DNA of 64,000 nucleotides from Raja brachyura (Eukaryota): the NCBI GenBank assembly GCA_963514005.1, contig OY740794.1, forward strand, positions 60,884,001 to 60,948,000, in the 5' to 3' direction. The position numbers and the translations under genes were made by a program. How positions within the stretch are numbered: the stretch's first letter is position 1; the number at the start of each line of letters is the position of its first letter. Below are positions 33,044 through 46,799 of this stretch, piece after piece. The notes below the pieces were generated by a model. It ran no database searches. It was not told where the DNA came from and saw only the letters and a list, made by a program, of their open reading frames with translations.

Positions 33044-35979
33044 TACATTCCACTCATTGCCAATGATGAGTTCCAAGCTCAATTTATCTATGAGGTGCAG
33101 GGTTAGTGTAAATGGTGCTTGATATTCAAGGTCTGTTTTATTGCACATGGTGCATTGGCCCTAATTACCTCAAATGAGTCTAATGCTGTCACCGCCAACC
33201 CACACTTCGCCCACCCCGCCTTTGTGCAATTACACTTTTACCACAGTATAATTTCTAGGCTGTTGTCTAAATCAGAATTTATAATTGCAGAACCATTCAT
33301 GAGCTTCAGTGGTGCAGACCTTGCACACTAAAGTAGCCGTTAGTTGGAGGATTGGGGTGGGCAATCGAAGATCACAGTGATGTGCAAGCCAGAGACTTCT
33401 GCGAAGGAGCAATGTCGATAATCTTGTTGGATCTGCAGCAAAATAATCTTTCTCTTGGCCGTGCTTTATGTCTACTGGACTCATGCACATTCCATTTTTT
33501 TGGCTGAGATCCCAAACCTTTGGTTAAGGATAAAATTGTTAAATAGAGACATGCAGGCTCCTTAAATAAGATCATTGACAGATCTGTCACCTGAAAGCAT
33601 GCCCATTAGAATAGAAGGTAGACAGATTGAAAGTAGACAAATCTTTGTAATTTCACCTTTGAAAATTAGCTATAAAGCTTCACCCTAAAATGATGATACA
33701 TCCTTCTCTGATACTTCATAATTTATTTTGTATTTCCAGCATTAGGTTTTATTGAACACTTATAAAACAACTTTTTAGTTATATTTTGGATTTAGAATTT
33801 TAAAGCAGAATTAAGCTAAGCGATTAGGATATAGATTTTCTATTGTTGTCTCAAAGAATTTTTGAAAGGTATTTCACTGCAGCAAACCCTACTATAATCA
33901 ATTGAAAGCTGTTGAAAGCACTTCCTTGTTATTTTTCACTATCGTGATTGAAGTAGGTATGTGAAGGTCAATGAATTTTTGAACATGTTAATATAACATT
34001 CTCGTAATGATCACAAGTTCCATTGCCTCCAGGCCCAGACAGGTGATAATGCTTGAGAAATATTGATAAATCATCGCTCAAGGCATTGAAGGGAAGTAAT
34101 TCCAAACATATGTTGTAATCTTTGAAGGATGAATGATTTAAAGTAATTAAAAGCATCCAACTATAGTTGTCCAGGGAAAAGTCATTGCAACCTAACTCCC
34201 AAAGGTAGATAATTCTTTCTTTGTTGTTGATTTGTACAGAGTGCAATTTGAATGGCATACGAATAGTATTAAAATCCCCCTGTATTGGATAAGGCTATAG
34301 TCAAAATAGTGTTCATGAAAGCCTTACCTAAATTGTGATATTACAAAAATTGTGATTCTACAGCATTAGGTCCATCACAAATCTACTGAATACTGACACA
34401 CTCTTTTTTTCTGTCCCTTTTTACACTCCACAAAGATAAGAAAGGAATGATTAAAGAGATTAACGTGTGTGGGTCTCTTTCAGAGAATAGGTGAAATGGT
34501 GACCTCGTTGGACTGTTAACAGAGGCTTTGGTTATTCAGGCTCTGAATTGCAGTGAGGGCAGTTGGCTCTGGATGGTATCAGGGGACCTTTAGCTCATGT
34601 TGGGGAGGAAGTATCATCAGTGCCAAATTCTGCCCCATATTCATGGCCCTTGCTGAAAAATGATGGTTGACAACTAAGAAGACCAGCAGCTAGTTTCAAC
34701 AGGGTATCACAAGGCAGCACCATTTCTATCAGGAATACAATATTTTTCAGTAGTACACCTCCCCACTGAGAACTGAAGATTTTGATTGACTTTTTGACAA
34801 TTATTGCTAAACTAAGTAATTATTACTGCTTTGCAATTCACCCACAATTTTTGAAGTTCATCCTGCAGTTTAGGTTGGACTTTTGTGCCTATGTCTTAAG
34901 TGGGTAAGATTCACATTACATAAAGTAAACTCCAGAAGTAGTTGGCCATTGCTGGAAATTTTGATGAGGAGGTTATTACTGAGATTTCAAGTAGGAATTT
35001 CCAATTAATGAACTTGTTGATGATGTTCCAAGAGTGTTGTACTGAGCTGCATTTTAATGCAAAGAATTGCAAGGTGAGGGGAAACAAGATTCCCCAAGCA
35101 ATCTACATCTTGATTGCATGTCACAATAGCTGAAATATAATTTATATGGCAGTGGAGAATTATTATTTATTGAAGTAGAATTTTTCAGTTTAACAAGCAT
35201 TAACGTAAGGGGAATATTTTCCTCAGTGAGTATTTAAAATATTTTCAGAAGGAAATCTGTACGTTTCTTGACTGGCTATTTCTGTAGCCTTGGGAATCCT
35301 CCGTCCCACTTGATTTGATTTAACAATGGAATGTTTTAGTCCCGATTACTTTCAGGTTGCAATTGCAATTGCAAATACAATCTACTGGACTTTCATCCAT
35401 TTTCATACTATTTCGGGTGTCATGTTGTAAGAGTTTGCAGAGGTTTAAGTTTTCTGCTGTTCATGCATTAAAAGTAGGAGGAACAAATTGGCGTGATTTC
35501 AGCAACATATTTTCCTGTATCATCTACATTGTGCTGCATTTATGCCTGTTACAGGCACAACATTCATGATTTGTCTTGGGAAATCTCCCGGAAACCGAAG
35601 TGAGACAGGACCCGGGATGATGGCTACCTGCTGCCTTTGCATCTTCACTTCTTTCAAGGATCACTGATTTGTTAAGTACATTGAGAAGTCACATTTACCC
35701 TCACGGTTCACAGATGACTTATGCAACAATTGAAGTTCATAATTAACAATCTTCTGCCACAGAGAATAAGCATCAGGACTCAAATCTCAGTACTCCTGGG
35801 CACTTTTGATTATTAACCAGCCATTTTCACTTATTGATGCCACTTGCAGTGATGGTGAAGAGGTATTCTTTCAACTTGACTTGATCTTACTCTGCAAACC
35901 TATGTGTGAAAAATGTGTTTCTTTCAGCTGTATAGGCAGCCAGAAGATGATTTATATCCTGTACCAAAAAATGATTACA

Positions 35980-36043
35980 TTCATAGAAACATAGAAAATA
36001 GGTGCAGGAGTAGGCCATTCGGCCCTTCGAGCCTGCACCGCCA
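35980..36043 (-). mobile_element. CR1 extreme 3' tail
   Basis: CATAGAAACATAGAAAATAGGTGCAGGAGTAGGCCATTCGGCCCTTCGAGCC. Confidence 0.8.
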
Positions 36044-37491
36044 ATTCCAGTGTAAAGACAATCCATTTATGTAAATGCTGGGATATTCCGCAAATGAAGG
36101 AAGAGAATAATGCAGGCGCTTGTGTTTATTGTGTTCAAGTAAGACTACCACAAATGGAAACCACAAATGGAAACCACAAATATAAACTCGCACACTCACC
36201 CTTACTCTCAGGATTCTTGCAGCCTGTCTGTGTTGAGATGTGAATATGTGCAGCTCACTGCTGCATTGCAAAAGTCAAGAATTGCTCTTCACATAAAGTG
36301 GGAAACCTTTCATTTGGGTTGATACAGCCTTTTTTATTCACAAGTAAAAAGACCATTTGGCTATGCAGGAAGCTTTCTAAAAGTGCACGTTATCACACAG
36401 ACACCTGTCTGCCTGTCTTCTTCCTGCCCTTTGTACAAGAAAGCTGCCTTGTGCACACATTATCCATCAGAAGGCTGTACAGTTTCTCTGCCCTCACCTT
36501 CCACCCCTTCATTCCAGCCTCCCGCCAGCAGGACTCTTCAAGTCCCGCCTCATCATTCTGACACGCACTCAATCCTTGCTAACATTTTACCAGTAGCTGT
36601 AAGAATGCTAGTTGTATTGCAGTATGTTCCTTTCAGAGCTGCTTCTTGAAATCTAAGATTCAATGATAGGGTGAGCAGGTTTTAGATTTCCTTCTCCAGT
36701 TTAGTTTTGTACATTTCTAATCTGAAGAACATGTGACCTCTACCTTCTAGCTGTTCCAGACATTAAATATTGAGAAGGAACCTGCTCCATCCCAGTGACT
36801 GGCATTCCAATTGAGTCAGCCTCCCCAAATTTTGTTTTCAGAAAGTGAGCTGCACTCTGCCATGACTATAAGCGAAATGATTCTGAAATTAACGAATAGT
36901 CAATTTGGAACCTATGGCATTATTAAAGGCTGTGGGTTTTTTTGTGAATGAACAATTGTGATTCATACAACATGGTGGAAAATCCCTCAGTGGATGGATT
37001 TTGGGGATTACACTACTTTTGGCTTTATTTGAGCAAGTTGGATTTCAGAAGATAGTATTAAGGTGCACAAAATTATTGTAGCAAAATGTTCACATCTTAT
37101 TAATAACTGGCAAGAAATGTAGACAAAATTGATCAATGGTGTGGAAACAGATCTTTGTCGTGTTGATAAAAGGTGTTGTGCAATCATATTTCGAGGTCAC
37201 TGTCTTTCAGGTGAAATCCTGTATCTTCTTCCAAACAGGGGTAAACGATTTTATGGCACCATTGAAGAAGAACATGCATCAGTCTCCATCTGGTCCAATA
37301 TTTATCTCTTTAAGTACACTGGTGATTCCATAAGGTATTTCATCCGTGTTTATGAGATCACAGCGTGTCAATTTTTCTGGCTACTTCCTATATTGCAACA
37401 CCAACCATAATTCAGATATTCTGTTTTGGTTGTAAAGTTCTTTGGTTTATAGAATCAGAATCATAGAACTCTTGCAGAATCATATAATTCT

Positions 37492-39378
37492 TGGGGAGGA
37501 TGCTATGAAGATGCAGGGTGACTTGGACAGGTTGGGTCAATGGGCAGATGCATGGCAGATGCAGTTTAATGTGGATAAATGTGAGGTTATCCATTTTGGT
37601 GTCAAAAACAGGAAGGCAGATTATTATCTGAATGGTGTCAATTTGGAAAAGGGAAAGTACAAAGAGATCTGGGGGTCCTTGTTCATCAGTCACTGAAAGT
37701 AAGCATGCAGGTACAGCATAAAGTGAAGAAAGCTAATGGCATGTTGACTTTCATAACAAGAGGAGTTGAGTATAGGAGCAAAGAGGTCCTTCTGCAGTTG
37801 TACAGGGCCCTAGTGAGAACACACCTGGAGTATTGTGTGCAGTTCTGCTCTCCAAATTTGAGGAAGGTCATTTTTGCTATCGAGAGAGCGCAGCGTAGGT
37901 TCACAAGATTAATTCCCGGGATGGCGGGACTGTCATATGTTGATAGAATGGAACGGCTGGGCTTGTGTACTCTGGAATTTAGAAGGATGAGAGGGGATCT
38001 TATTGAAACATATACAATTATTAAGGGATTGGACACGCTAGAAGCAGGAAACATGTTCCCAATGTTGGAGGAATCCAGAACCAGGGGCCACAAAAGGCTG
38101 GAGAAACTCAGCGGGTGCAGCAGCATCTAAGGAGCGAAGGAGATAGGCAACGTTTCGGGCCAAAACCCTTCTTCAGACTGATGGGAGGTGTGTGGGGCGG
38201 GGAGAAGAAAGGAAAAAGGGAGGAGGAGGAGCTCGAGGGCTGGGGGAGAGGTGGGAAGGGGAGGAGACAGCAAGGGTTAACAGAATTGAGAAAATTCAAT
38301 GTTCAAGCCCAGAGGATGCAGACTCCCCAAGCGGAATATGAGGTGCTGTTCCTCCAATTTGCGGTGTTGCTCACTCTGGCCTTGGAGGAGGCCCAGGACA
38401 GAGAGGTCGGATACGGAATGAGAGGGGGAGTTGAAGTGCTGAGCCACCGGGAGGTCGGGTTGGTTATTGTGGACCGAGCGGAGGTGTTCGGCGAAACGAT
38501 CGCCAAGCCTCCGCTTGGCCTCACCGATATAGATCACCTGGCATCTAGAGCAGTGGATGCAGTAGATGAGGTTGTAGGAGGTGCAGGTGAATCTCTGTCG
38601 GACCTGGAAGGACTGCTTGGGTCCCTGAAGGGAGTGGAGGGGGGAGGTAAAGGGACAAGTGTAGCATCTCTTGCGGTTGCAAGGGAAAGTGCCCAGGGAA
38701 GGGGTGGAGCGGTAGGGAAGGGTAGAATTGACAGGGGGGGAGATGGGAAGATGTGGCGAGTGGTGGGGTCACGTTGGAGGTGGCGAAACTGTGTGTATGT
38801 GTCGGCTGGTGGGGTGAAAGGTGAGGACCAGGGGGACTCTGCCCTTGTTGCGAGTGGGGGGATGGGGAGAGAGGGCAGTGTTGCGGGGTATGGAGGAGAC
38901 CCTGGTGCGAGCCTCATCTATAGTGGTGGAGGGGAATCCACGTTCTCTGAAGAATGAAGACATTTGTCACGACCTAGTGTGGAACACCTCATCCTGGGAG
39001 CAGATGCGGCGTAGACGGAGGAATTGGGAATAGGAGATGGAGTCCTTACAGGAAGCAGGGTGGGAGGAAGAGTAGTCCAGGTAGCTGTGGGAGTCAGTTG
39101 GTTTGAGAATAAGGGTTAGGCCATTTAGAATGGAGATGAGGAAATACCTTTTCACCCAGAGAGTTGTGAATCTGTGGAATTCTCTTCCTCAGAAGGCAGT
39201 GGAAGCCAATTCTCTGGATGCTTTCAAGAGAATTAGATAGAGCTCTTAAAGATAGCAGAGTCAGGGTATATGGTGAGAAGGCAGGAACGAGGTACTGAAT
39301 GTGGATGATCAGCCATGATCACACTGGCTTGAAGGGCCGAATGGCCTACTCCTGCACCTATTGTCTATTGTCTATTGA
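37492..39378 (+). mobile_element. CR1 (HER1-type) LINE split by a Penelope insertion
   Basis: ORFs 37442..37696 and 37705..38130 (QMQFNVDKCEVIHFG; HLEYCVQF; SRTRGH). CR1 resumes at ~39101 and ends in a (TATTGTC)n tail. Confidence 0.9.
38089..39104 (-). mobile_element. Penelope-like element (Neptune-type), 5'-truncated, nested in CR1
   Basis: ORF 38277..38537(-) IYIGEAKRRLGDRFAEH (GIY-YIG) and ORF 38967..39155(-) KPTDSHSYLDY...FLRLRRICS. Confidence 0.9.
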
Positions 39379-40719
39379 GGCTATTTTGTCCATCAACTCT
39401 ATGTTGGTTCATGTCAAAACAATCTTGTCAGTCCTAGACCACCAATCTTTCCCCAGCATTGCTGTAAGTTATTCTCTTTCAAGTGCTGATCCAATTCCCT
39501 TTTGAAAACCCTGATAAACTCTATTTCCATCATTCCACCTCCCCAGGTACTGAGTTCCAGATCACAACCGCTTGCTGCATAAAAAAAGTTTGTTCTCACG
39601 TTCTGCTTGTATCTTTTCCCCAAGTTTGAAAATTATTAATCTTTGGTAATGGAAACAATTTTCCCCAACTTACTCAATCTAAACTAATCATTGATTATTA
39701 ATGGAAACAGTTTCCCCCTATTTACTACATCTAAGGTTCCTAGGATGAGGGATTTCAGCTTCATTAGATTGGAGAATCAAACACCTATCAGATCTTCATT
39801 CAACCTTTGCTTCTTCAAACTAATCCTCGGAGTATCTCAAGTAAAACCTTTCTGTAGCCTCTCTGTGAAAAGTTTTGCTGTGAATTTGCTTATATTTTAT
39901 AACTTCACTGCTTTTGTACTCCATGCCACTATTAATGAATCCTGGAATTTCATATGTTTTTGCTAACCATTCTCTCAACATGACTTCAACTTTTGAAGAT
40001 GTTTACTTTGAGATTGAGAAAAGTATAATGTAAATGCAGGTTACTTTTTTTATTGGAAACAGCTATGGGAGATTTAATTCAACAAGATAGAATAATTTGT
40101 TATATGGAATAAAAATAATGATATTGTTCAATATCTGGCACTTCAGCACTGAAACTAAATCAATGTTGATTATTTTCTAAACAAGAATTATTTTCTAAAC
40201 TAAGAAAGAATTCTAAAGCTTGTTGCCAGCCTATTTTTTAAATGTGGAGGTTGAGATTAATTTCTCAATAATGTGCAAAATTGAGAACTATATATGACTA
40301 TGATATTTCAAATATACTTATGGCATTAAAAACAGGTGCCACAACGCTTTATTGGTTGGGGCCATCAACATGAATTTTAACTGTGCATATTTTATTGTGC
40401 AATGTAGAGTGCCTTGCCAAAATAAGTAATCCCAGCTGACAGTGATTGATAGGTTGGCTGCCATTTGCGTTTTTTGATGGGATTCTTGCATTATTCAGAT
40501 TTGTGCAAAAACAGCACTACATACAAGGAACTTTGACTTTGGAAAGCAGACTTTTATACGTCAAAGAAAAAAAGAGAGCATTATCAAGTTGAATCTGGAG
40601 AGTAATGGTGGTTGTGGAACGTTGAAAACATTTCAGATTAATGATTTGTTACATGCAGGGGAACATTCCTCTGGCTTTTCCATCAACAGAACTGCCAGCA
40701 ACCCTGTCAGAATAAATCA

Positions 40720-41390
40720 ACAGAACTGCAGATTCTGGAAAGCTGAAATAAAAACAGAGAATGCTGTAAATATGCAGCAGGTCAGGCCGCATTTGTGGGA
40801 AGAGAAACAGATTTAACTTTTCAGTTGGAGAACTCTTTGTCGGAACTGGGAAGGAGAGAAAGAAGAACGTTAAGTTGCATTGAGGTTGGGAGATGGAGTA
40901 TATCGGTGGTATGGCAAAACTGGGATGACTATAAAACTGGGATAGGCTATAAATATGGTTATCTGGTCCAGTACCAAATAGCCTCCTGCACTGTTGCAAT
41001 GGTGGCTATTGCAAGCTTAAGGAGCAGCACCTTATCTTCCTTCTGGGCACAGTGCTGCTTTCTAGGTCTAATATTGAATTCTACAACGTAAGGTAATTGG
41101 ATTTCTGCTTTTGTCAGTTGTACAGCTGTGATATTGGCTCAGCTTGCAATTGTTATTTTTCTCTGTAACTGGATGACATGCCCAGGCTGGCACATCATTA
41201 CGCTTTTCATTTTACAACTCCTATATTCTTTTGTCTATGTTCTCACTCTCTTCCTCTCACCCACCCTCCCTGCAGCTTAACAAGCTTCTTTTATCTCCTC
41301 CCTGTGGTCTTCAACCTGAAATGTTAGCTCCGTTTCTTCCCTACCATAGATGCGGCCTGACATGTGTATTTCCAGCAGTTTCTATTTTGT
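40720..41390. repeat. Highly degraded Penelope-derived element with inverted ends
   Basis: Degenerate terminal repeat at ~40720-40830, GGAGCAGCACCTTATCTTCC (EQHLIF remnant) at ~41021, and an inverted terminal repeat at ~41310-41390. Confidence 0.45.
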
Positions 41391-43231
41391 ATTGTGTCGG
41401 GATATCTGATGCCAGGGGCAGATTTCCTCATTTAGATAGGAGTGGCACATGCTTGGCACGCACCGGTACTGGAGCAGCAACAGTAAAAGGAACAGTCTTC
41501 AGGCACTCGTGGCCTGTTGCGTTGCATCAGCTGGTAGGATTTATTTTATGTACTTAGCACTTTGAGTAGCAGTACTTTAAATAGTGCTTCAGGTTTCGAC
41601 CCTTCACTTCTGTTGCTGAGTAAACCTTGATTCATTCCAGCATCCAAATCACTTGGCTTTACGATTACTGAAATTGACAAAATCCATTCTGTATGAGCAC
41701 TGTCTTAACCATCCCCTGCCAAAAATACATCCATACTTCAATAAGTGGAGGTTCAGGGGTCAAGTAGTCTCTGATGAAGACCCATAACCTGGTTTATTTA
41801 TGAAATCAACTCAATTTTAGCCCCCAGAAATTGACTGGAAAATAAGAAACTTGTACCAGTTAAAAAATAATAATTTCATGTGAACTAAACAAATGAAGAG
41901 CAATCCGTATTTCTTAATCAAGTTCAATAGCTTTTTGTGCACTCCCAAATGTTGCTGATGCAAGGAGTAATATCAACGGCAGATTTTATCTTGAGCTGAA
42001 GTTTGAACCAATATTTTACTGGGAACAATTAAGGTATTGTCGAATTTTGAACTGAAAGAACAGTACAAACAAGATAGCGGAGAGATAGAGCAATATATTC
42101 TGCAGGTTGAGATATGATCCTTTCACTTGTGCAATGTAGATTTATGTCTACGCTACACTAGTGGTGGGAAATAACACTTGATTTTTCTGATAATTGTAAT
42201 GAGTGAAAGGCATTGCTAACCCTGGTCCATCAGGTGTGGGCTGCAGCATAGCACTGTCCATAATTTAGTACTAATTGGTATTCAGTTCATTCTAAGACAC
42301 ACTACAGGACAGCTTGGTATGATTAATGTAACATGTTAAACTAGTTCACCATGAATGTTTTCCAAGGTTAGGGGTTCAGGAATAATGCTGTGTGACAGCA
42401 TTTGACTTGTACTGCTGTGATTTGATATATGCAAAATTTAATTGATTCAAAGAATAGAAATGATTCATTCCCTAACAGTAGACTTTCTCAGTAAAATTCA
42501 TCAATTTCATCAAAAGAATCAGTTTTAATCTCCCACAAATGTGGATTGGTTGTAGTTTATTCTAAAGACTTTTTAAAAGTATATATGTTTGTCTTGTCAA
42601 TAAGTCAGTATTGTGGAAAAGAACTAGACACAGCCTTGTCTCTGCTGATGTTTCATTAGATGTACATTTCCTTCAAACCTTCATCTACTTTGGTCTTTTC
42701 ATCACTATTTCATAAGATTGCGAACATTTGAGTCTTACGAAGACAAAAGAGATTGCAGATGAAAGAATCACAAACCAAACACAGATTGTTGGAAGAATTC
42801 AGAAGAGATAAATGCTGAGGCAAAAGTTATACTTCGCTGTTTTGGAACTATATTTTGCATCAGGACAGAGAGGGAAGATGAAAGATAATATAGAGCAGTA
42901 TGAGGGAGAGTTGGGACAGAAGCTGGTAGGTATAGGTGAACCAGATGGGGAGTGGATAATGGGCAGATAGAACTAGGGTAAGGGTTTGAGTGGATGAGAA
43001 AAATAGACAAAGGGAACAAAAACTGAATGGACGTGAGTGTGTGTGCGGAAGAAGAACACCAGGGGTGTGGGTTACTTGAAATTTGAAAATTCCGTGTTCA
43101 CATACTCATGTGTCAAGAGTCAGATCAGTTTAGTTTATTGTCAAGTGTACCGAGGTACAGTGAAAAGCTTCGTCAAGAGAGTCAAGAGTGTTTTATTGTC
43201 ATATGTCAGAGATAGAACAATGAAATTCTTA

Positions 43232-43550
43232 AGGGCCCGTCCCACTTTCCCGAGTTACTCACAAATTCTCCCCAGTTTTCCCCTTGATTCAAACTTGGAG
43301 AATTACGGTAAATGCCAGCCATAGATACTCGGGGCTATTATTTTCACTCGTGGACATTTTTCAACATGCTGAAAAAAAGTCCCGACTTACCTGATGCCCC
43401 GAGTACCTACGGCTGGCATTATGAGCCGCTACGAAATATCTACGGACTCCTACGGCCTCCTATGGACTCGCTACGGACATTCTCCGAGTTTGAATCAAGG
43501 GGAAAACTCGGGAGAATTCGTGAGTAACTCAGGAAAGTGGGACAGGGCCT
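43232..43550. mobile_element. PIF/Harbinger-type MITE
   Basis: Long imperfect TIR AGGGCCCGTCCCACTTTCCCGAGTTACTCAC... / ...GTGAGTAACTCAGGAAAGTGGGACAGGGCCT. TTA on the left and TTG (decayed TSD) on the right. Confidence 0.88.
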
Positions 43551-43672
43551 TTGCTTGATATGAATATGTAAACATAGTACACTGTAAACAATATAATAAA
43601 TGAGAAAATAAATTCAGTGTGTATATGAACACATACCCACAAATTCATATATATATATCTATGTCTATCTAG

Positions 43673-44443
43673 CTATCTACCAAGTCTGGACCCGTTGGGC
43701 CCGCTCCTCCAACGCAATATTTCACCAAACTGCGCATGCGCGGCTGCCGCGTTAAAAGTTGTGCCGTTATCGGCTGATATTAAGTTAAAGTTAATAAATT
43801 GAAGAGAGGACCCGTGGATGCATTTGTAAAATAGAAGGAAACTTACCCATGGAGCCGTTGTGTCCCCGTTGTGAGGCCAGGCAAGTACAGGCAAAAGGGA
43901 GAAAAGGTGGCGATCTGAAAATCTGGAAAGGGCCCAACTGCACTGGCGCGGTTGAGGGAGTCCCATTGTGATGCCAGAGATCACCTTTGTGAGGTGCAGG
44001 GGTACCCTCCCCCAACTGGGCATGCGAGGATGGGGGCACTGCTTTAAGTTATTTTAAGTTTTAAATACCCATGGAGCCATTGGGTCCCCGTTGTGAGGCC
44101 AGGCAAGTACACGCAAAAAAAAATGCCGATTTAAAAAAAAAGAAATTTGGGGTCCCATTGTGACGTCATTGTGATGTCGAATGCGGCTGATGGCAGCAAA
44201 TCTGCTGATGGCAGATGAAAAAGTGGTTTGAAAAGTGTTTTCTGTAAAGTTTAAAATGTCAATAACTTGTAAAATATAACATCAATCTGAACGAAACTTG
44301 GTACTGCACATCACAGGACAATGATGAGTAAGGTGGGCCTATCATGTAGCGCTATCATGTACCATTTTGGTGGAGTTTCCGGAACTCACCACACGCAGGC
44401 ATATATACTGACAAACAAACAAGATGAAAGTTTTAGTAATAGA
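43673..44443 (-). mobile_element. Non-autonomous Helitron, related to the 1938-3408 copies
   Basis: Minus-strand start TCTATTACTAAAACTTTCATCTTGTTTG. Terminal hairpin GGACCCGTTGGGCCC near 43690, with the CTAG end degraded. Confidence 0.68.
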
Positions 44444-45567
44444 TTAATATTACTACAATACTAACATGCACATATACGTACACATAAAAAATACTAATAA
44501 TGAATAACAATAATTATGTAGTTCAGAGCTTATTTGGAGGTTGTACTGTTTAATAGCCTAACGGCTGTAGGGAAGGAACCTGTACCTGAACCTGAACATT
44601 GCAGTTTTCAGGCTGGGTACCTTCTACCCAATGGCAGGGGTGAAATGACTGTGAGGCCAGGGTGATGTGGGTCTCTGATGTGGGCAGTGTTCACAACGTT
44701 TTGCAGTCTTCTTTGCTCCTGGGCATTCAAGTTGTCGAACTAGGCTGTAATGCAACCAGTCAATATGTTCTCTGTAGACGTTCAAGAGAATCCTCTCTGA
44801 CGTACCAAATCTACGTAATCTTCTCAGGAAATAGGGCATTGATGGGCTTTCTTTCCAATTGCATCAGTGTGCTTAGTCCAAGAAAGATCTTCAGATATAT
44901 GCACACCCAGGATTTTAAGCTATTGACTCTCTCCACCATTGACATAGACAGGTTTGTGGGTCCTCATCCTTTCCCTTTATTGCACTGCATTCTGACCTAT
45001 ATGGGACTGACTTCAATCTGCAAGCCAATACAGCACATTTACTAGTAATGCCAGCCCCATGCTGCACTGCCCCATAATGAATCACTCCTGAGACCCATAT
45101 TTGAACCAGACTCCTTCGGTGAAGTGCAGCTACCTGATGATAGGAGAAAGGCTATCCTTACTTGTTATCTGTTCTCTGCAAGCAACAGGATGGTAATGAG
45201 TGGGCGCGACAGTTGTTTTCTGTTCAGTAGCTCTGAGGCATTCGTGCCATCTTTACTAAAATCAGTCAAACCAGTTGGAGGCTCCAAATGATCTAGAAAT
45301 ATTCCTTGTCTATGGCACTCATCTACTCAACTTTTAACCAAGTGAACCTTCAGGGAGTTCTGCAAATGTATTTTCATGCACAGTAGAAAATATTCATTTT
45401 TTAGCACTTTGGGAAGACTGAAAAATTGCATGTTATCAAAAAATGTCAGCATTATAAATTATCTGAACTCTGTTTCTGCTCCTTTGATAAATATTAACAG
45501 AGGTAGGTTTTTAATTGAATTTAAAGAGGAAAAATCAGATACCTGTAATGGGAGGGAGAAATGCCGT

Positions 45568-45868
45568 TTAGTTTAGTTTAAAGATACAGCATGCAAACTG
45601 GCCTTCAGCCCACCGGGGCTACGCCAACCAGCGATCCCCGCACATTAACACTATCCTACACCCATCAGGGATCATTTTTACATTTACCAAGTCAATTAAC
45701 CTGCACACCTGGATATCTTTGGAGTGTGGGAGGAAACCGAAGATCTCGGAGAAAACTCACACAGGTCACCGGGTGAACGTACAAACTTCATACAGACAGC
45801 ACCCGTAATCGGGATCGAACCTGGGTCTCCAGCGCAGCAACTCTACCGCTGCGCCACCGTGACTGCCC
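45568..45868 (-). mobile_element. tRNA-derived V-SINE (HE1-like)
   Basis: Minus-strand head GGCAGTCACGGTGGCGCAGCGGTAGAG (A box), GGTTCGATCCC (B box), V-domain GGTTTCCTCCCACACTCCAAAGA and (TAAAC)n tail. Confidence 0.85.
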
Positions 45869-46189
45869 ATTGTATTTGTTGTCGAAGGCAAGTGAAGAGT
45901 TATATCAGTAAGTCCTATTTTGTCAACTGTTCACTCCAAACCAATACCTGCTGCCAATGTCATTCAGAGCCATAATCGATAATCCGATACCCTCAAAATC
46001 TAATCACCTGTTTGGCTCTTGATGTCCTCACCCTTTAACATTGATATGTTTATCACAATGTCCCTTTTCTCAGTATTCCTTCCATTCACTACTTTCTCTT
46101 CCTTTGATGCATTCGAAACTGTCCTCCTCTCTCCAGCTACAGGTCCAACTATCCTCACTCTCCTCCATCTATTTCAAATGCATGGAGGC

Positions 46190-46430
46190 AGAAAAAACTA
46201 CAGATGCTGGAATCTTGTGCAAAACTTAAAGTGCTGGTGGATCTCAGTGTGTGAGGCAGCATTTGTTGAGGGAATGGACAGATGGCATTTTGAGTCAGGA
46301 TCCTTCTTCAGCCTGCTATAATTCACCATATGCCATTCAGTCTGAAGAATGGTTCTGGCCTGACCTGTCAGCTGTCCATTCCCTCCACAGATGTTGCCTG
46401 ATGTTGGGTACCTCCAACACTTTGTTTTTT
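46190..46430. repeat. Degenerate Penelope-derived hairpin element
   Basis: Inverted arms ...CCTTCTTCAG / CAGTCTGAAGAA... with flanking terminal-repeat sequence. Confidence 0.6.
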
Positions 46431-46799
46431 TCTCTCAAACCTATTCCTGGCTTAACTGATTCTGACGTAGTCAATGATGGTGATAGTTACTTAAGTAACT
46501 GATTCAGTCGCATAAGATTTTGTTGATTTTGATTGTGGTAGATACACTGCTCTTTTGGGCCTCTCAACAGTAACCAGCTTACACTACTTTTTAGCCTGAA
46601 GATTGTTTTACCATAGTGTGGAAACTTCAAATTATGCATTTGGTTAAAATGGCTAAAAAATACATTTAAGACATTTTAATCTTTCAGATTTGATTTTAAA
46701 AAAATACACCTTTCCAGATTCTTTCAGTACGTTTATGTTTTGATGATTCTAATGTTGCTCTGTCTTAAAAGATATCATTAAACCTTAGAATAAAGGGAA

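Larger units (their letters stand above)
43170..44970 (-). mobile_element. Rex1/Babar-like LINE 3' part hosting a MITE and a Helitron
   Basis: (GTCAAGA)n tail at ~43172. ORF 44624..44839(-) YFLRRLRRFGTSERILLN. The tail matches the uninterrupted copy at 49090-49195. Confidence 0.75.

Noticed and set aside
32820-33148. Recurring peptide GDCNLHVV...NAINLVCTI (also in ORF 11828..12112)
   Set aside because: Incidental translation of the ribozyme retroposon; the conservation fits RNA base-pairing, not coding.
37129-37410. 93-aa ORF with a possible acceptor TCTTTCAG|G
   Set aside because: No recognisable protein similarity or partner exons; more likely non-coding.
38115-38957. 280-aa plus-strand ORF (and 18608..19042)
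   Set aside because: Antisense to the Penelope ORF; the real motifs are on the minus strand.
45800-45868. tRNA gene
   Set aside because: The A and B boxes belong to a V-SINE head and there is no complete cloverleaf.
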